Source of the DNA: Histomonas meleagridis 2922-C6/04-290x
Taxonomy: Eukaryota > Protista > Parabasalia
NCBI GenBank assembly: GCA_020184695.1
Contig: JAANOX010000047.1
Span: 248,001-312,000, forward strand
Direction: 5' to 3'
DNA: 64,000 nt
The notes under the pieces were generated by a model, which did no database searches, had not been told where the DNA came from, and saw only the letters and a list, made by a program, of their open reading frames with translations. Below are positions 62,420 to 64,000 of this stretch, in pieces (the first letter of the stretch is position 1; each line of letters starts with the position of its first letter). Position numbers and translations under genes: made by a program.

Positions 62420-64000
62420 ATGGCTGGGGGTAAAAACCTTCAGCTGAAAGAGATCAAATGGCTTATTAAAATACAAAAAAATGTACTAGACTTGAACTGG
62501 GATAATTATAAAATTATAAGCCAAATTTTAATTAAAAAATTTGATGTTGAATATCCTGTATCATTTAATTATTTAATTTGTCATTTGATATATAGATCAT
62601 ATATATCACGTAGGAGAGATTTCTTAATATATTTTCGATTTTTAAATGAACTTGACATTAAAGAGAAAGAAATATATAATGTTGATTCTAATTTAATATC
62701 AATACTTTCAATTATATTATTTTTTGAAAAAACACAAGAATCAAATTATCTTCTTGAAATGATGATTGTAAACAAACTTATTTCACCTCAAATAGCCATT
62801 AATAAAAATAATATATATTTTGCACATTATATTACAAAAAGAAATCCATATTATTTAGTTAAGAGAAAATATGGAAATTATAATAAAAAAATCAAAAAGT
62901 TATTTTATCAAGAAGTTATCAATTTAATTAAATGCGTTAATGAGAACACTGATACATTATATGAAAATGAAAAATTATATGACTATGGAGCTCATGCTGA
63001 ATATATTAAAGAAGGAATTAATCCAAATAAAATCGCGAAAATAATTCGAAATGATGAAATCGAAAAACTTCAAAAAATATCATCAGAAAATGATTTTGAT
63101 TATAATCAAACAATTAAGCCATCACTGTATGAAAGATATTCATTTATTAATCAAGAAAATGTTACATTAATTGATTATGCAGCATTTTTTTCGGCAGTTA
63201 AAATTTTTAGATATTTACTTATAGCTGGTGCAAATGTATTTAATGCAGGTAAATATGCAATTGCAGGAGGAAACCTTGAAATCATTCATTTATGTAAACA
63301 AAATAATTCGTCATTTGAAGGCGCATATGAAACAGCAATTGAATTTCATCAAAATGATATCTTTAAATATCTTTATGAAAACAAGTTTGAAAAAAATTCT
63401 AATTTAACAGAGTTAGGTAAGAAATGTATTCAATCAAGTAATTACGAAATATTTTCATATTTGCATGAAGAAGGAATGCAAATTAGTGATGATATCATAT
63501 ATGAATCACTAAAAATTGGGAATACTTTCATTTTTAATTACTTTGTTAAAAACAATCATATTCCAAATTATATTTTATTATTTTCAGTTATGTCATGTAA
63601 TCATGAACTTATTAAATTTATTTTTCTTATGAAAAATGATATATATATTAATTTTAGCCATTTTTATATTCATCATTTAATGTTTTAGAATAAAATTTGG
63701 TGTCAAAATATAATATTGATAATACCTCTTCTATATGCAGTAAAGTATAATTTAATCAATATTGTAAAGTTACTTCTTGAACATGATGAAATAAATGTAA
63801 ATATTAAAAATATTTATATGTTTTATTTAATTTTTTTTATTTATTATTAAAGGAATTTTCCTAACATATTTAAAACAGCTCTTATATGCGCATGCATCAA
63901 AGGATACACAACTATTGTAAATATGCTTCTCGAAAAAGAAGGTATTGATGTTAATGAAAAATATATTTTTTCAAAATTCACAAATTTCTAAAATAATATA
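62420..64000 (+). CDS. DUF3447/ankyrin repeat protein whose repeats are interrupted by hairpin inserts (runs off the window end)
   Basis: 422-aa open part, then ankyrin units IPLLYAVKYNLINIVKLLLEHDEINVNIKN and TALICACIKGYTTIVNMLLEKEGIDVNEKY separated by stop-containing inserts. Confidence 0.75.
63665..63712 (+). other. Ankyrin hairpin insert (about 48 nt, in-frame TAG)
   Basis: Between CAT TTT and ATA TTG ATA ATA CCT CTT. Confidence 0.55.
63815..63865 (+). other. Ankyrin hairpin insert (51 nt, in-frame TAA)
   Basis: Between AAT ATT and ATA TTT AAA ACA GCT CTT; starts TATATGTTTTATTT like the 68-nt class. Confidence 0.7.
63968..64000 (+). other. Start of a further ankyrin hairpin insert (runs off the window)
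   Basis: Follows GAA AAA TAT ATT; in-frame TAA at 63989. Confidence 0.55.

Noticed and set aside
1-64000. Host-wide stop-codon reassignment; canonical parabasalid introns; rRNA/tRNA genes
   Set aside because: Conserved genes end at TAA, TAG and TGA at expected lengths; no GT...ACTAACACACAG intron or RNA gene was recognised by eye (a tRNAscan/Infernal run would be decisive)

Overview
AT-rich, gene-dense eukaryotic DNA. It is inferred to be a parabasalid (trichomonad, Tritrichomonas-like) from TCAYT/TCATA initiator elements just upstream of ATGs, recurrent AACGGT Myb-type promoter motifs, mostly intronless genes, and DUF3447/ankyrin and BspA family members. About 30 intact genes are present, including an Ssn6-like TPR protein, a bacterial-type GNAT, a GOST 7TM protein, VPS51, a kinesin, dynein p28, CCT6, a CAMKK-like kinase, TAF5-like, thioredoxin, NAA40, CYRI, TCTP, a PHD/SET protein, an AP endonuclease, CARMIL-like and exportin-T-like. 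An accessory zone at about 19-31 kb holds a decayed DD34E Tc1 element, a 772-bp inverted duplication anchored on its end, and ankyrin pseudogenes. The main candidate novel system is a set of nine AT-rich inserts (48-72 nt; four are exactly 68 nt) at four loci. Each interrupts the same codon position in the beta-hairpin of an ankyrin repeat, breaks the reading frame and has no conserved GT donor, while the flanking 34-aa repeats stay intact. This suggests a family of non-canonical introns or bypassed elements. No rRNA, tRNA or CRISPR array was recognised. All product calls come from motif recognition by eye, not from database searches.
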